Below, piece after piece: positions 17,032 through 25,025 of a DNA stretch of 40,000 nt. The position numbers were made by a program, and so were the translations under genes. Each line of letters begins with the position of its first letter. Position 1 is the first letter of the stretch. The DNA comes from Oscillospiraceae bacterium (GTDB lineage Bacteria > Bacillota > Clostridia > Oscillospirales > Ruminococcaceae). The notes below the pieces were generated by a model. The model searched no databases. It saw only the letters and a list, made by a program, of their open reading frames with translations, and was not told the origin of the DNA. The stretch is taken from assembly GCA_045602925.1 (NCBI GenBank), contig JAZSCN010000041.1:144290-184289 (forward strand), given 5' to 3'.

Positions 17032-17056
17032 TGTCCGTGATGTCCTTTTGATGTCC
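17029..17056 (+). repeat. Three direct TGATGTCC copies (candidate integrase arm-type sites, attR side)
   Basis: TGATGTCC at 17029-17036, 17038-17045 and 17049-17056. The run starts in the int stop codon and has the same orientation as the left copies. Confidence 0.55.
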
Positions 17057-17172
17057 GAAAATACAAGAGGCTATTGCAATTTACAAAAAGTTATGATACA
17101 ATAATCAAGGAAAAGCCTTATAATATCGGACTTTTCAAAACGATACAAAACACTATAAAACAGCGTTCTTAT

Positions 17173-17190
17173 TTCTCAAAGAGATAATTA
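17173..17190 (+). repeat. attR core (TTCTCAAAGAGATAATTA)
   Basis: Identical to 10260-10277. It is a duplicated rpsI 3' end with no rpsI body upstream. Confidence 0.8.
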
Positions 17191-17210
17191 CATTTTATTG
17201 TGTTATCAAA

Positions 17211-17240
17211 GACATCCATCTTTTCGATGGATGTCTTTTT
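17211..17240 (+). terminator. Strong hairpin terminator, probably the displaced native rpsI terminator
   Basis: GACATCCATC-ttttc-GATGGATGTC followed by TTTTT, 21 nt after attR. Confidence 0.8.
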
Positions 17241-17243
17241 CTA

Positions 17244-17272
17244 TTGATTTTCTATCCTGATTATGATATAAT
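17244..17272 (+). promoter_or_regulatory. Candidate promoter for the structured RNA/leader
   Basis: TTGATT, a 17-nt spacer, then TGaTATAAT (extended -10). Confidence 0.6.
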
Positions 17273-17279
17273 GATAATT

Positions 17280-17444
17280 GCCAAACTAACTTAATATTTG
17301 TGAATTGTGAGTGCATTATCTTTTTATGGGATAACTATGCTCTTTTTTAGCATACTATTTTCATCTTTGAATTTGACAAAATGCAAATTCCATTTATGAT
17401 GATATAGTGTGCTTGCACTCGATTTCACATAAAGTTAGTTTGGC
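17280..17444 (+). ncRNA. Candidate structured RNA (unclassified leader, riboswitch-like element or sRNA)
   Basis: 13-bp perfect closing helix: GCCAAACTAACTT (17280-17292) with AAGTTAGTTTGGC (17432-17444). A nested helix: GTGAA..GAGTGCA with TGCACTC..TTCAC. Internal hairpins at 17337-17353 and 17369-17390. Confidence 0.45.
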
Positions 17445-17466
17445 GACTATCGGAGTTTGCGTTTTT

Positions 17467-17500
17467 GTGCGGTTACTTCGGTAGCCGCACTTTTTATTTT
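17467..17500 (+). terminator. Intrinsic terminator with a UUCG tetraloop
   Basis: GTGCGGTTAC-TTCG-GTAGCCGCAC, 10 bp with one G-U pair, followed by TTTTTATTTT. It lies ~10 nt before the AGGAGG of the next gene. Confidence 0.8.
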
Positions 17501-17522
17501 GTACAATTTAGGAGGAAGAAAA

Positions 17523-18062
17523 ATGGGAGAAAAGAAAAAGAACAAGAAAAAAGGCTGTTTAGCATCTTTCTGTGTGATTGTAGTCTTATTTATTGTATTA
17601 ATTGCTGTGGCATCACAATCTGATAACAATGATACAAGTAGTGAAAGTTCGTCAGAAGACAAATCTTCTACAGTAAATTCTGAGGAATCAAAAGATGATG
17701 AAAGAGTTCTTTATGAAGACGATAATTTTAAGATTTCATATATAGACATAACAGACCCACAAGCTGGAGTTACAATGTATATAATGAATCTAAAGCTCGA
17801 AAACAAATCAGAAAATAGCGTTTTAATATCTTTAGAAGAAACATACATAAACGATACGCAAGTACAATTCATTGGCGGTAATCTGAGTTTTGACGGAACA
17901 TTACCTGGCAAAAAATCTATCTGTTCCTTTTCTTTTGGTTACGACAAATTAGGAATCAAAAGCATAGAAGATATAAAAAACATTGAATTCAAAATTGAAC
18001 TGACAGACACTGATTTTTCTGAAGTATATTTAGAAACAGATACTATAAAGATAGCTTTATAG
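17523..18062 (+). CDS. Membrane-anchored extracytoplasmic protein, unknown function
   Basis: I place the start at MGEKKKNKKKGCLASF after AGGAGG. One TM helix, a Ser/Asp-rich linker and a beta-rich domain. Confidence 0.7.
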   Translation: MGEKKKNKKKGCLASFCVIVVLFIVLIAVASQSDNNDTSSESSSEDKSSTVNSEESKDDERVLYEDDNFKISYIDITDPQAGVTMYIMNLKLENKSENSVLISLEETYINDTQVQFIGGNLSFDGTLPGKKSICSFSFGYDKLGIKSIEDIKNIEFKIELTDTDFSEVYLETDTIKIAL

Positions 18063-18073
18063 TTACGAAAATT

Positions 18074-18104
18074 ATCCTCCTCGGTTTTCGGGGAGGATTT
18101 TTTA
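18074..18104 (+). terminator. Intrinsic terminator
   Basis: ATCCTCC...GGAGGAT stem followed by TTTTTT. Confidence 0.7.
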
Positions 18105-18323
18105 TTGCTCCTAAAACGCACTTGCTATGGGATTTGGTGAGCCTTGTACAAAAAACTTTGTTACGAAAAGCTTTTCGTAATAATACGCAGCACAGATTTG
18201 ATATACAAGTAAAATCTTAGATATATCTTGTTAATTTATCGTGATAAAATCATTGTCAAGGAGGGGCGGTGGAGCATTACTGCTCGTGCAGGCTTGCAAT
18301 AGAACACACCGTCTTATAATATT

Positions 18324-19433
18324 ATGAACAAGAAGGTAATTATTGCGATTACAACTGCGGTAGTTGTACTTGCGGCGGCTATTTCACTTATCGTTATCAA
18401 ACCATGGGCAGATGACAATGCTGACAGCTCTTCTGCTGTTGATTCTTCATCAGTTGCAGATTCCGTTGCTGATGAGAGCGAAGCCGACAGCTCCTCAGAG
18501 CCTGAAGCTTCAAGCTCCGAGCCTGAAGCTCCTGCAAAGGAAGCTACTCCGGTTGATTACTACGGCGAGATGAAGGTTGTTGACGGAAAGATAACAGGCA
18601 GCAAGACCGGTGAGCCTATGAGAGTAACAGGCATGAGCTTCTTCTGGAGCAACTGGTCACAGAAGTACTACACTGCTGACTACGTTGACTATCTGGTTGA
18701 TGATTTCAACTGTGAGATTGTAAGATGCTCATACGGAATCAATGACGAGGGTGTTCCTCACGACACAAGCTGCGAGGCTCTTATTGAGGATGTTATTGTA
18801 AGAGCCATTGAGAGAGGCGTTTATGTTATCATTGACTGGCACTCACATGGTGCTCACAAGAATCCTGACGAGGCTATAAGATACTTCGGCGAGCTTGCTA
18901 AGAAGTACGGCGAATATGACAACGTTATTTTTGAAGTTTACAACGAGCCTACAAACTACACCTGGAAAGCTGTAAAGGACTACTCTGAGCTGGTTATTGC
19001 TGAGATTAGAAAGTACTCTGACAATCTTGTTATTGTTGGTTCTCCGCAGTGGTCACAGAAGGTTGAGAGTGCTGCAAACAATCCTATCAATGATGAAAAC
19101 GTAGCTTACACACTACACTTCTACGCAGGAACTCATCAGCAGTGGCTCCGTGACAGTGCTGACAGAGCTATGGCGGCAGGAATTGCACTCTTTATCACCG
19201 AATGGGGCAGCGTTAACGCTGACGGAAACGGTGCAATTGCAAAGGAATCCACTGAAGAATGGTTCAAGTGGATTGACGAAAACGGTCTTTCAAGCTGCAA
19301 CTGGGCAGTAAATGACAAGGCTGAGGGCTCTAGCATTTTCGTTGAAAAGAGTGATGATGTTCTTACTGAAACAGGAATATACATTAAGGAGCTTATTTCA
19401 GAAAGAACTACTGACGCACCTTGGAGAAAGTAG
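18324..19433 (+). CDS. Glycoside hydrolase family 5 endoglucanase (cellulase) with N-terminal signal anchor
   Basis: Motifs: VIIDWHSH, FEVYNEP (acid/base Glu), HFYAG, FITEWGS (nucleophile Glu). Confidence 0.88.
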   Translation: MNKKVIIAITTAVVVLAAAISLIVIKPWADDNADSSSAVDSSSVADSVADESEADSSSEPEASSSEPEAPAKEATPVDYYGEMKVVDGKITGSKTGEPMRVTGMSFFWSNWSQKYYTADYVDYLVDDFNCEIVRCSYGINDEGVPHDTSCEALIEDVIVRAIERGVYVIIDWHSHGAHKNPDEAIRYFGELAKKYGEYDNVIFEVYNEPTNYTWKAVKDYSELVIAEIRKYSDNLVIVGSPQWSQKVESAANNPINDENVAYTLHFYAGTHQQWLRDSADRAMAAGIALFITEWGSVNADGNGAIAKESTEEWFKWIDENGLSSCNWAVNDKAEGSSIFVEKSDDVLTETGIYIKELISERTTDAPWRK

Positions 19434-19445
19434 TATAATAAATTT

Positions 19446-19472
19446 CAGCCGACCTATATGGTCGGCTGTTTT
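19446..19472 (+). terminator. Intrinsic terminator
   Basis: CAGCCGACC-tatat-GGTCGGCTG followed by TTTT. Confidence 0.75.
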
Positions 19473-19550
19473 AATTTTAATCTGTTGTTTTAATTTAGGC
19501 AAAACTGCACACATTATATATAATGATTATTTTACGGGGAGATAGTTAAG

Positions 19551-20009
19551 ATGGGGGTATACATTAAAAACAGCTGGGTGCGTTCGATATTAGAAGGGAT
19601 ATGCGTATTCTTTATAGGAGCTCTCTCCTACGGCTTACTTGAGGTCATAACGAGAGGCTTTACGCATATTTCTATGGGGCTACTGGGTGGGCTTTGCTTT
19701 ATGTTTATGAGTTACACAAGTGGGCTTCGTGAGCAGGGTGACCTTACGCTTTTGCAGCAATTAATTTGCGTAACGCTTTTTATAACTGTATCGGAGCTTT
19801 TATGCGGACTTATCATAAATCTCAGCTTAGGTTTAGCGGTATGGGATTACTCGGATATGCCACTTAATTTATACGGGCAGATATGCTTACCTTTTTCACT
19901 TTTATGGCTCTTGATAACCTTTATAGGAATCATTGTGGATGATGTTACAAAGAGGCATTTATTTGCAAGAAAAAAGGACTCATTCATAATATTGCTAAGG
20001 AGAAGGTAG
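19551..20009 (+). CDS. Small polytopic membrane protein (resembles the family annotated 'putative ABC-transporter type IV')
   Basis: 152 aa with 4-5 TM helices. The family call is from memory only. Confidence 0.6.
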   Translation: MGVYIKNSWVRSILEGICVFFIGALSYGLLEVITRGFTHISMGLLGGLCFMFMSYTSGLREQGDLTLLQQLICVTLFITVSELLCGLIINLSLGLAVWDYSDMPLNLYGQICLPFSLLWLLITFIGIIVDDVTKRHLFARKKDSFIILLRRR

Positions 20010-20020
20010 GCGATTTTTAC

Positions 20021-20052
20021 AAAAAAAGTGCACCACTTAAAACAAGTGGTGC
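20021..20052 (-). terminator. Terminator of the cheY-like/cheX-like operon
   Basis: GCACCACTT / AAGTGGTGC stem with TTTTTTT on the minus strand. Confidence 0.7.
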
Positions 20053-20072
20053 GCCTAAAACAACATATATTA

Positions 20073-20960
20073 TTAGAGGTTTGATATGATGAAGTGCACT
20101 GTTCCGAATGAGAACGCAACCGGCACATCAATAGCAACATCGCTAAATGAAACAGCTGTTTTATAAACAAATTCCTGTGGTTCGAGAGTCATCTCGTCGC
20201 CGAGCTCGTTAGACTGGTTAACGATAAACAGACCGTTATGCTGGTTAAGGAACTCGCCTACTGTAGCATCGACAAATTCATCGGCTGTTACGAGCTTTTG
20301 CTCAGAAAATCTTTCAGCAAACTTAATATAGACATCTGTATCACAGCAGATAGCTGTAAAGGCGTTAATATCCTCGCTCTTGATATACTGGCTGACTGTA
20401 TTCTCATACTCTGCGCTTGTTACAACAGAGGCAGTAAGCGGTGTGAAGTCATCGCCTATAAATCTGATAAGATTCTTGAAAAGCAAGGTAAGGTATGAGG
20501 TATACTTGTTAGGGTCCTTAACGCCGTCTACCTTATAGAAATCAGCGATAATCTTATCGAGCTTATCGGTCTTATCGCCGTTTAAATCGTCTTCTGAAAG
20601 AGCGTTGCAGTTCTTATAGTCATTGATAGCCTGCTCAAACTGAGCGTTTGTAAGCACGCCGTTATTAACGAGAGTCTGGCCTAAAACGAGGTAATCCTGA
20701 GGCTGCTTTGAGAGAAGCTCCTCGACCTGTTCCTTAGTCATAAAGCCCATTTCTGTAGCGATATCACCGATTCTCTTATCGACTGTTGCCTGAACCTGGT
20801 GGATAAATTCGACCTGTCCTGCATTAAGATAGCCTGCATTGATAGCGAGCACGCCAAGTCTTGTCTTGGTATTCTTCTTATCGTCGAGTGCCTTAGCGAG
20901 CTGCTGGGCAGTAACGATACCCTGATTTAAAAGATAGCTACCGAAAAATTGTGCAAACAT
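20073..20960 (-). CDS. Four tandem MshEN/T2SSE_N-like 24-residue motifs fused to a CheX/CheC-like C-terminal domain
   Basis: The N-terminal ~115 aa carry four repeats of the pattern xxGxxhhxxGhhxxxxhxxxhxxx, two of them R[LI]G...Q. The C-terminus (DEFVDATVGEFLNQHNG...LEPQEFV) looks CheX-like. Confidence 0.7.
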   Translation of the reverse strand: MFAQFFGSYLLNQGIVTAQQLAKALDDKKNTKTRLGVLAINAGYLNAGQVEFIHQVQATVDKRIGDIATEMGFMTKEQVEELLSKQPQDYLVLGQTLVNNGVLTNAQFEQAINDYKNCNALSEDDLNGDKTDKLDKIIADFYKVDGVKDPNKYTSYLTLLFKNLIRFIGDDFTPLTASVVTSAEYENTVSQYIKSEDINAFTAICCDTDVYIKFAERFSEQKLVTADEFVDATVGEFLNQHNGLFIVNQSNELGDEMTLEPQEFVYKTAVSFSDVAIDVPVAFSFGTVHFIISNL

Positions 20961-20966
20961 TACGCC

Positions 20967-21344
20967 TTACACTCCCTTCGCAACGATTTCTATAAGCTTT
21001 AATACCTGGTCATTAGCGATTGGCTTCTGGAGAAACTCAAACGCACCGGCATTGATAGCATCTTTAAGGTGATTCTGAGTACCAACAGAAGAAGCCATTA
21101 CGATTTTAGCGTTAGCATCAAACTCGATAATCTCTTTAACCGCGTCGATACCTGTCTTCTTAGGCATTACGATATCCATAAAAACAATATCCGGCTTATA
21201 TTCCTTATAATTATCTACTGCCTGCTCGCCGTCGGCTGCTTCATAGCAAGCCTTTACGCCAAGTGAGAGTATATAATCCTTAAGCTTTTTTCTTGCAAAC
21301 ATAGAATCGTCGCAAATCATAACGGACATTTCATTTATTGTCAT
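20967..21344 (-). CDS. Single-domain CheY-like response regulator receiver
   Basis: I place the start at MTINEMSVMICDD after AGGAGGA. Motifs: DD, FMDIVMP, SSVG, LQKP. Confidence 0.85.
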   Translation of the reverse strand: MTINEMSVMICDDSMFARKKLKDYILSLGVKACYEAADGEQAVDNYKEYKPDIVFMDIVMPKKTGIDAVKEIIEFDANAKIVMASSVGTQNHLKDAINAGAFEFLQKPIANDQVLKLIEIVAKGV

Positions 21345-21487
21345 AATAATTCCTCCTGAAATTATATTTTTCATATAATTATAATACCATAAAAATTCAC
21401 AAATTGCAAGAGCATTTTACATATATTTTTGTTGTAATTATCCACAAAGTTATTGCTCATTTTTTATGGAGATTTTTTAGACGGATG

Positions 21488-21516
21488 TTGACAAAATTAT
21501 CCCATTATGATATAAT
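21488..21516 (+). promoter_or_regulatory. Consensus promoter for tRNA-Leu
   Basis: TTGACA, a 17-nt spacer, then TATAAT. Confidence 0.7.
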
Positions 21517-21543
21517 TATCAAGATAAATTTCGAATACGCCAT

Positions 21544-21630
21544 GCCGGCGTGGTGGAATTGGCAGACGCGCCGGACTCAAAATCCGGTGGTAGTGATACC
21601 GTGCGGGTTCGACCCCCGCCGCCGGCACCA
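21544..21630 (+). tRNA. tRNA-Leu (anticodon CAA), type II with long variable arm, encoded CCA
   Basis: Acceptor stem GCCGGCG/CGCCGGC, anticodon stem CCGGA/TCCGG with loop CTCAAAA, T-arm GCGGGTTCGACCCCCGC, 3' ACCA. Confidence 0.93.
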
Positions 21631-21631
21631 G

Positions 21632-21663
21632 AAAAAAGCAGTTCCAAAGAACTGTCTTTTTTT
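21632..21663 (+). terminator. Intrinsic terminator after the tRNA
   Basis: CAGTTC-caaa-GAACTG followed by TCTTTTTTT. Confidence 0.7.
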
Positions 21664-21723
21664 CAATGATATCTACATTCCTCACTAAACGAGAGATTAT
21701 TATGACATATTATGGAGGTTATT

Positions 21724-22281
21724 ATGGCAAGCGATATCAAAGTTAAGATTTGTGAAAAATGCGGTGTTTTAAACTCCGATGATGACACTGTATGCGAGGC
21801 TTGCGACACAAAGCTCGGCGAGGCTGTTTCTAACGATGCCGCTGACAAGATCATTGCCGATATTGCCAAGAAAAAGGAAGCTATTGAAAGGGCAAAGCGT
21901 GCCAGCATTGTAGAAGATTATGAAGCTGACAATATTGAAGAAATCCCTACCACTCCATTTGGAAAGGTTATCGGTGTACTCTCCTATGCTCTCATTGCAG
22001 CATATATTGTACTTTTTATAGTAGGTTTAATTAAAGGTGTTGGAGCTGCCGGTGCATTTTTTATGTGGGATCTTTTAATGTGTCTATTTTTAGTGTTTAA
22101 TGCAGTCTCATGCTTTAATCCTACACTTGGATGGAGAATCACTCATTTCGGCTACATAATGCACTACAAAAAGCTTCCGGAACCGTCGGACATAGGCTTT
22201 GTGATGATACAGATAAGCTACATACTCTTCCTTATTGTTGGTATAGCGGGCTTTGGTTTCCAACTTTATTTTGCTTTTTAG
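21724..22281 (+). CDS. Zinc-ribbon membrane protein, unknown function
   Basis: I place the start at MASDIKVKICEKCG after GGAGG. CxxC...CxxC N-terminus and C-terminal TM helices. Confidence 0.7.
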   Translation: MASDIKVKICEKCGVLNSDDDTVCEACDTKLGEAVSNDAADKIIADIAKKKEAIERAKRASIVEDYEADNIEEIPTTPFGKVIGVLSYALIAAYIVLFIVGLIKGVGAAGAFFMWDLLMCLFLVFNAVSCFNPTLGWRITHFGYIMHYKKLPEPSDIGFVMIQISYILFLIVGIAGFGFQLYFAF

Positions 22282-22356
22282 CTAGGCAGATACTTTATGC
22301 AAATCGCTCTCTTTCGGTATTCCGGAAGAGAGTTTTTACGTAAAAATATTTAGGAG

Positions 22357-24048
22357 ATGAATTTTTTGAAGAAAAGTTATCTGAAGCCTAAGCTATTCAC
22401 GGTTATGAGTAGCTACTCGAGGCAACAGCTTATCAAGGATATTGTTGCCGGAATTATTGTAGCGATAATTGCTCTGCCGTTATCTATAGCTTTGGCACTT
22501 GCGTCGGGGGTTGAGCCGGCTTGTGGTGTTTACACGGCGATTGCGGCGGGATTTGTTGTTTCATTCCTTGGAGGAAGCAGGATACAGATTGCCGGCCCTA
22601 CGGCTGCTTTTGCGACCATTGTAGCGGGAATTGTTGCAACTCAGGGAATGAGCGGGCTATTCTTAGCTACTATAATTGCGGGTATTATACTTATACTTAT
22701 GGGCATATTCAAATTTGGCTCGCTTATCAAGTTTATTCCTTACACCATCACGACAGGCTTTACGGCAGGTATTGCTGTGACTATTCTTGTGGGACAAATC
22801 AAGGACTTCCTTGGTCTACAATATGCCGAAGGAGTAAAGCCGATTGAGACAATCGAAAAGCTTGAAGCCAACGTTGATGCTATGGGCACATTTTCCTGGC
22901 AGGCGTTACTTATTGGTGGGATATGCTTACTAATACTTATTATTTATCCAAGGTTTGAAAAGAGGGTTCCACCTTCACTTATTGCAGTAATTGTCAGTGC
23001 GCTACTTGTAGAGCTTATACCGACGCTCCAAGAGGGCGTATTCACGATTGGTGAGCTTTACACTATTCCTTCGGGATTACCTAAGGTTGACTTTGGAAGC
23101 ATTGACATTAGTATTTCAAGCATTTCGAAGGTGCTGCCTGACGCATTCACAATCGCAATTCTTGCGGCTATTGAGTCGCTTTTATCCTGCGTAGTAGCTG
23201 ACAGCATGGTTAACTCAAAGCACAACTCGAACATGGAGCTTGTTGCGCAGGGCTGTGGAAACATAGCGTCGGTACTGTTTGGTGGTATACCTGCTACGGG
23301 TGCTATTGCGAGAACGGCTGCTAATGCAAAGAATGGTGGTAGGACACCTATTGCCGGCATGGTACATGCTATTGTGTTGCTTCTTGTACTTCTTTTCCTT
23401 ATGCCTTATGCAGGGCTTATTCCTATGCCTGCTATAGCGGCGATACTATTTGTTGTAGCTTACAATATGAGTGAGTGGAGAAAGTTCGTTCACACTATAA
23501 AGTCTGCACCAAGAAGCGACATAGCAGTAATGGTTATCACATTTGTTCTGACGGTAGTATTTGACCTTGTTGTAGCTATTGAGGTTGGAATGGTGCTTGC
23601 TGCTATGCTCTTTATGAAACGTATGAGCGACGAGGCATCTGTTACTGCGTGGAAAAACATTGACAGTGAAAACGACAGCGAGAGCATTGACCAGAAGGTT
23701 GTACCAAATGGTGTCAGGGTATACGAGATTAGTGGACCTATGTTCTTTGGTGCGGCTGATAAAATTCTCAGCATATCCTTTGATGATGATACGCGCTGCT
23801 TGATACTCAGAATGAGGGCTGTTCCGGCGATTGACTCTACTGCGATGAACTCGCTTGAGTCCATTCACAAACAATGCGCTGAGAGAAACATAGCTCTTAT
23901 ACTTTCGCACGTTAATTCTCAGCCACTTACGGCGATGAAGAAATCCGGCTTCTACAAGACTATTGGAGAAGAAAACTTCTGCAGTCACATTGACATTGCA
24001 ATTTCCAGGGCAAAGCAATTATGCAATAATACGGTTGACGTTAATTAA
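22357..24048 (+). CDS. SulP family anion transporter with C-terminal STAS domain
   Basis: Polytopic Sulfate_transp-like core followed by a STAS-like tail (VYEISGPMFFGAADK). The start may instead be TTG 22366, since the SD abuts ATG 22357. Confidence 0.85.
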   Translation: MNFLKKSYLKPKLFTVMSSYSRQQLIKDIVAGIIVAIIALPLSIALALASGVEPACGVYTAIAAGFVVSFLGGSRIQIAGPTAAFATIVAGIVATQGMSGLFLATIIAGIILILMGIFKFGSLIKFIPYTITTGFTAGIAVTILVGQIKDFLGLQYAEGVKPIETIEKLEANVDAMGTFSWQALLIGGICLLILIIYPRFEKRVPPSLIAVIVSALLVELIPTLQEGVFTIGELYTIPSGLPKVDFGSIDISISSISKVLPDAFTIAILAAIESLLSCVVADSMVNSKHNSNMELVAQGCGNIASVLFGGIPATGAIARTAANAKNGGRTPIAGMVHAIVLLLVLLFLMPYAGLIPMPAIAAILFVVAYNMSEWRKFVHTIKSAPRSDIAVMVITFVLTVVFDLVVAIEVGMVLAAMLFMKRMSDEASVTAWKNIDSENDSESIDQKVVPNGVRVYEISGPMFFGAADKILSISFDDDTRCLILRMRAVPAIDSTAMNSLESIHKQCAERNIALILSHVNSQPLTAMKKSGFYKTIGEENFCSHIDIAISRAKQLCNNTVDVN

Positions 24049-24053
24049 GGGCG

Positions 24054-24088
24054 CAAAAAGGCTCGGTAGGTATCCCCTATCGAGCCTT
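24054..24088 (-). terminator. Terminator after the YesL-family gene
   Basis: AAGGCTCG / CGAGCCTT stem with TTTTT on the minus strand. Confidence 0.65.
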
Positions 24089-24104
24089 AAATTATGCTAT
24101 GAGC

Positions 24105-24992
24105 TTATGAAATTCTCTTTCCGCCACCCTTGGATTTTGGTGCTGAATGCTTTTTCTTTTGTTTTGAAGTACCCTTAGGGACCTTCACCGGAGCTTCGGA
24201 GCCGCCCTTATCCTCGAAGATTGCGTCTTCCTTATCCATAGGACGCAGGTAATCAAACTCAGGATTCTTCTCGCCTCGCTTATCGTAGTAAGGCTGGATA
24301 ACATACTTTCTGATAACAGGATAGCAGTTATAGCATATAACGAATGCAAGGAATGAAAACAGCAGGGCTGCGATTATTACAAGGTCAATAATGATTGCTG
24401 CGTTGGAAGCTGTTCCGACGATAAGCAGTACCATAAATGCGAGAATTCCTATAAGTGTAAAGAATGAGATGAGAGTTGCTTTAAGACCAACACTCGTAAG
24501 CAAAAATGCGTTCTTTAAAATCTGCTTCATTTTAAGGTTAGTTGAAACTATAAGCAGGTAGATATAGAAATGCATCAGGAAGATAATAAGCATAAGGCTT
24601 ATTGCTACGACAAGAAAGACTTTTCCTATATCGTATTCGAGCGAGAAGTTATAATAGAAGTACACCATAACATACGCCCAATAAATCAGTAACATATCGA
24701 CGATTCCGACTACAAACGACTGCTTGAAATTGCTCTTAAACGCCTTCCAGAAGTCGTGGAACATAAAGCAACTACGCTCCTGAGAATAGTTTCTCGCAAC
24801 CTTTATAAGTCCTGCTGTTGCCGGACCGATTGTTACGATAGGGATACAGAACACTATGTAGAGAAGGTTAAGAAACACAAGGTCCCAGAAGTGTCTGCCG
24901 AAAACCTCCAAAAACTTAAAGAAGCCCTTTTTTTCCTGTGGCATTTTAGGTATGCCAGGCCCTGCATTATCATAATTAGAAAACAAGCCCAT
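24105..24992 (-). CDS. YesL-family (DUF624) membrane protein with Lys-rich C-terminal tail
   Basis: N-terminal FFKFLEVFGRHFWDLVFLNLLYIVFCIPIVTIGPATAGL matches the DUF624 pattern as I recall it. Confidence 0.7.
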   Translation of the reverse strand: MGLFSNYDNAGPGIPKMPQEKKGFFKFLEVFGRHFWDLVFLNLLYIVFCIPIVTIGPATAGLIKVARNYSQERSCFMFHDFWKAFKSNFKQSFVVGIVDMLLIYWAYVMVYFYYNFSLEYDIGKVFLVVAISLMLIIFLMHFYIYLLIVSTNLKMKQILKNAFLLTSVGLKATLISFFTLIGILAFMVLLIVGTASNAAIIIDLVIIAALLFSFLAFVICYNCYPVIRKYVIQPYYDKRGEKNPEFDYLRPMDKEDAIFEDKGGSEAPVKVPKGTSKQKKKHSAPKSKGGGKRIS

Positions 24993-25025
24993 TTTTAATA
25001 TCCTTTCAATATTTCTACGATTATA

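Larger units (their letters stand above)
10260..17190. mobile_element. Integrated island in the rpsI 3' end: integrase + HTH/Xis + PrimPol-VirE replicase + accessory genes (satellite or IME candidate)
   Basis: 18-bp perfect direct repeats lie at both ends and the integrase sits at the right edge. The cargo is replication and small genes only, and the native-looking rpsI terminator is displaced to 17211-17240. Confidence 0.8.

Noticed and set aside
21544-21630. tRNA-Leu as an integration hotspot
   Set aside because: There is no partial tRNA duplicate, integrase or foreign-looking cargo on either side. The flanking genes look like ordinary chromosome.
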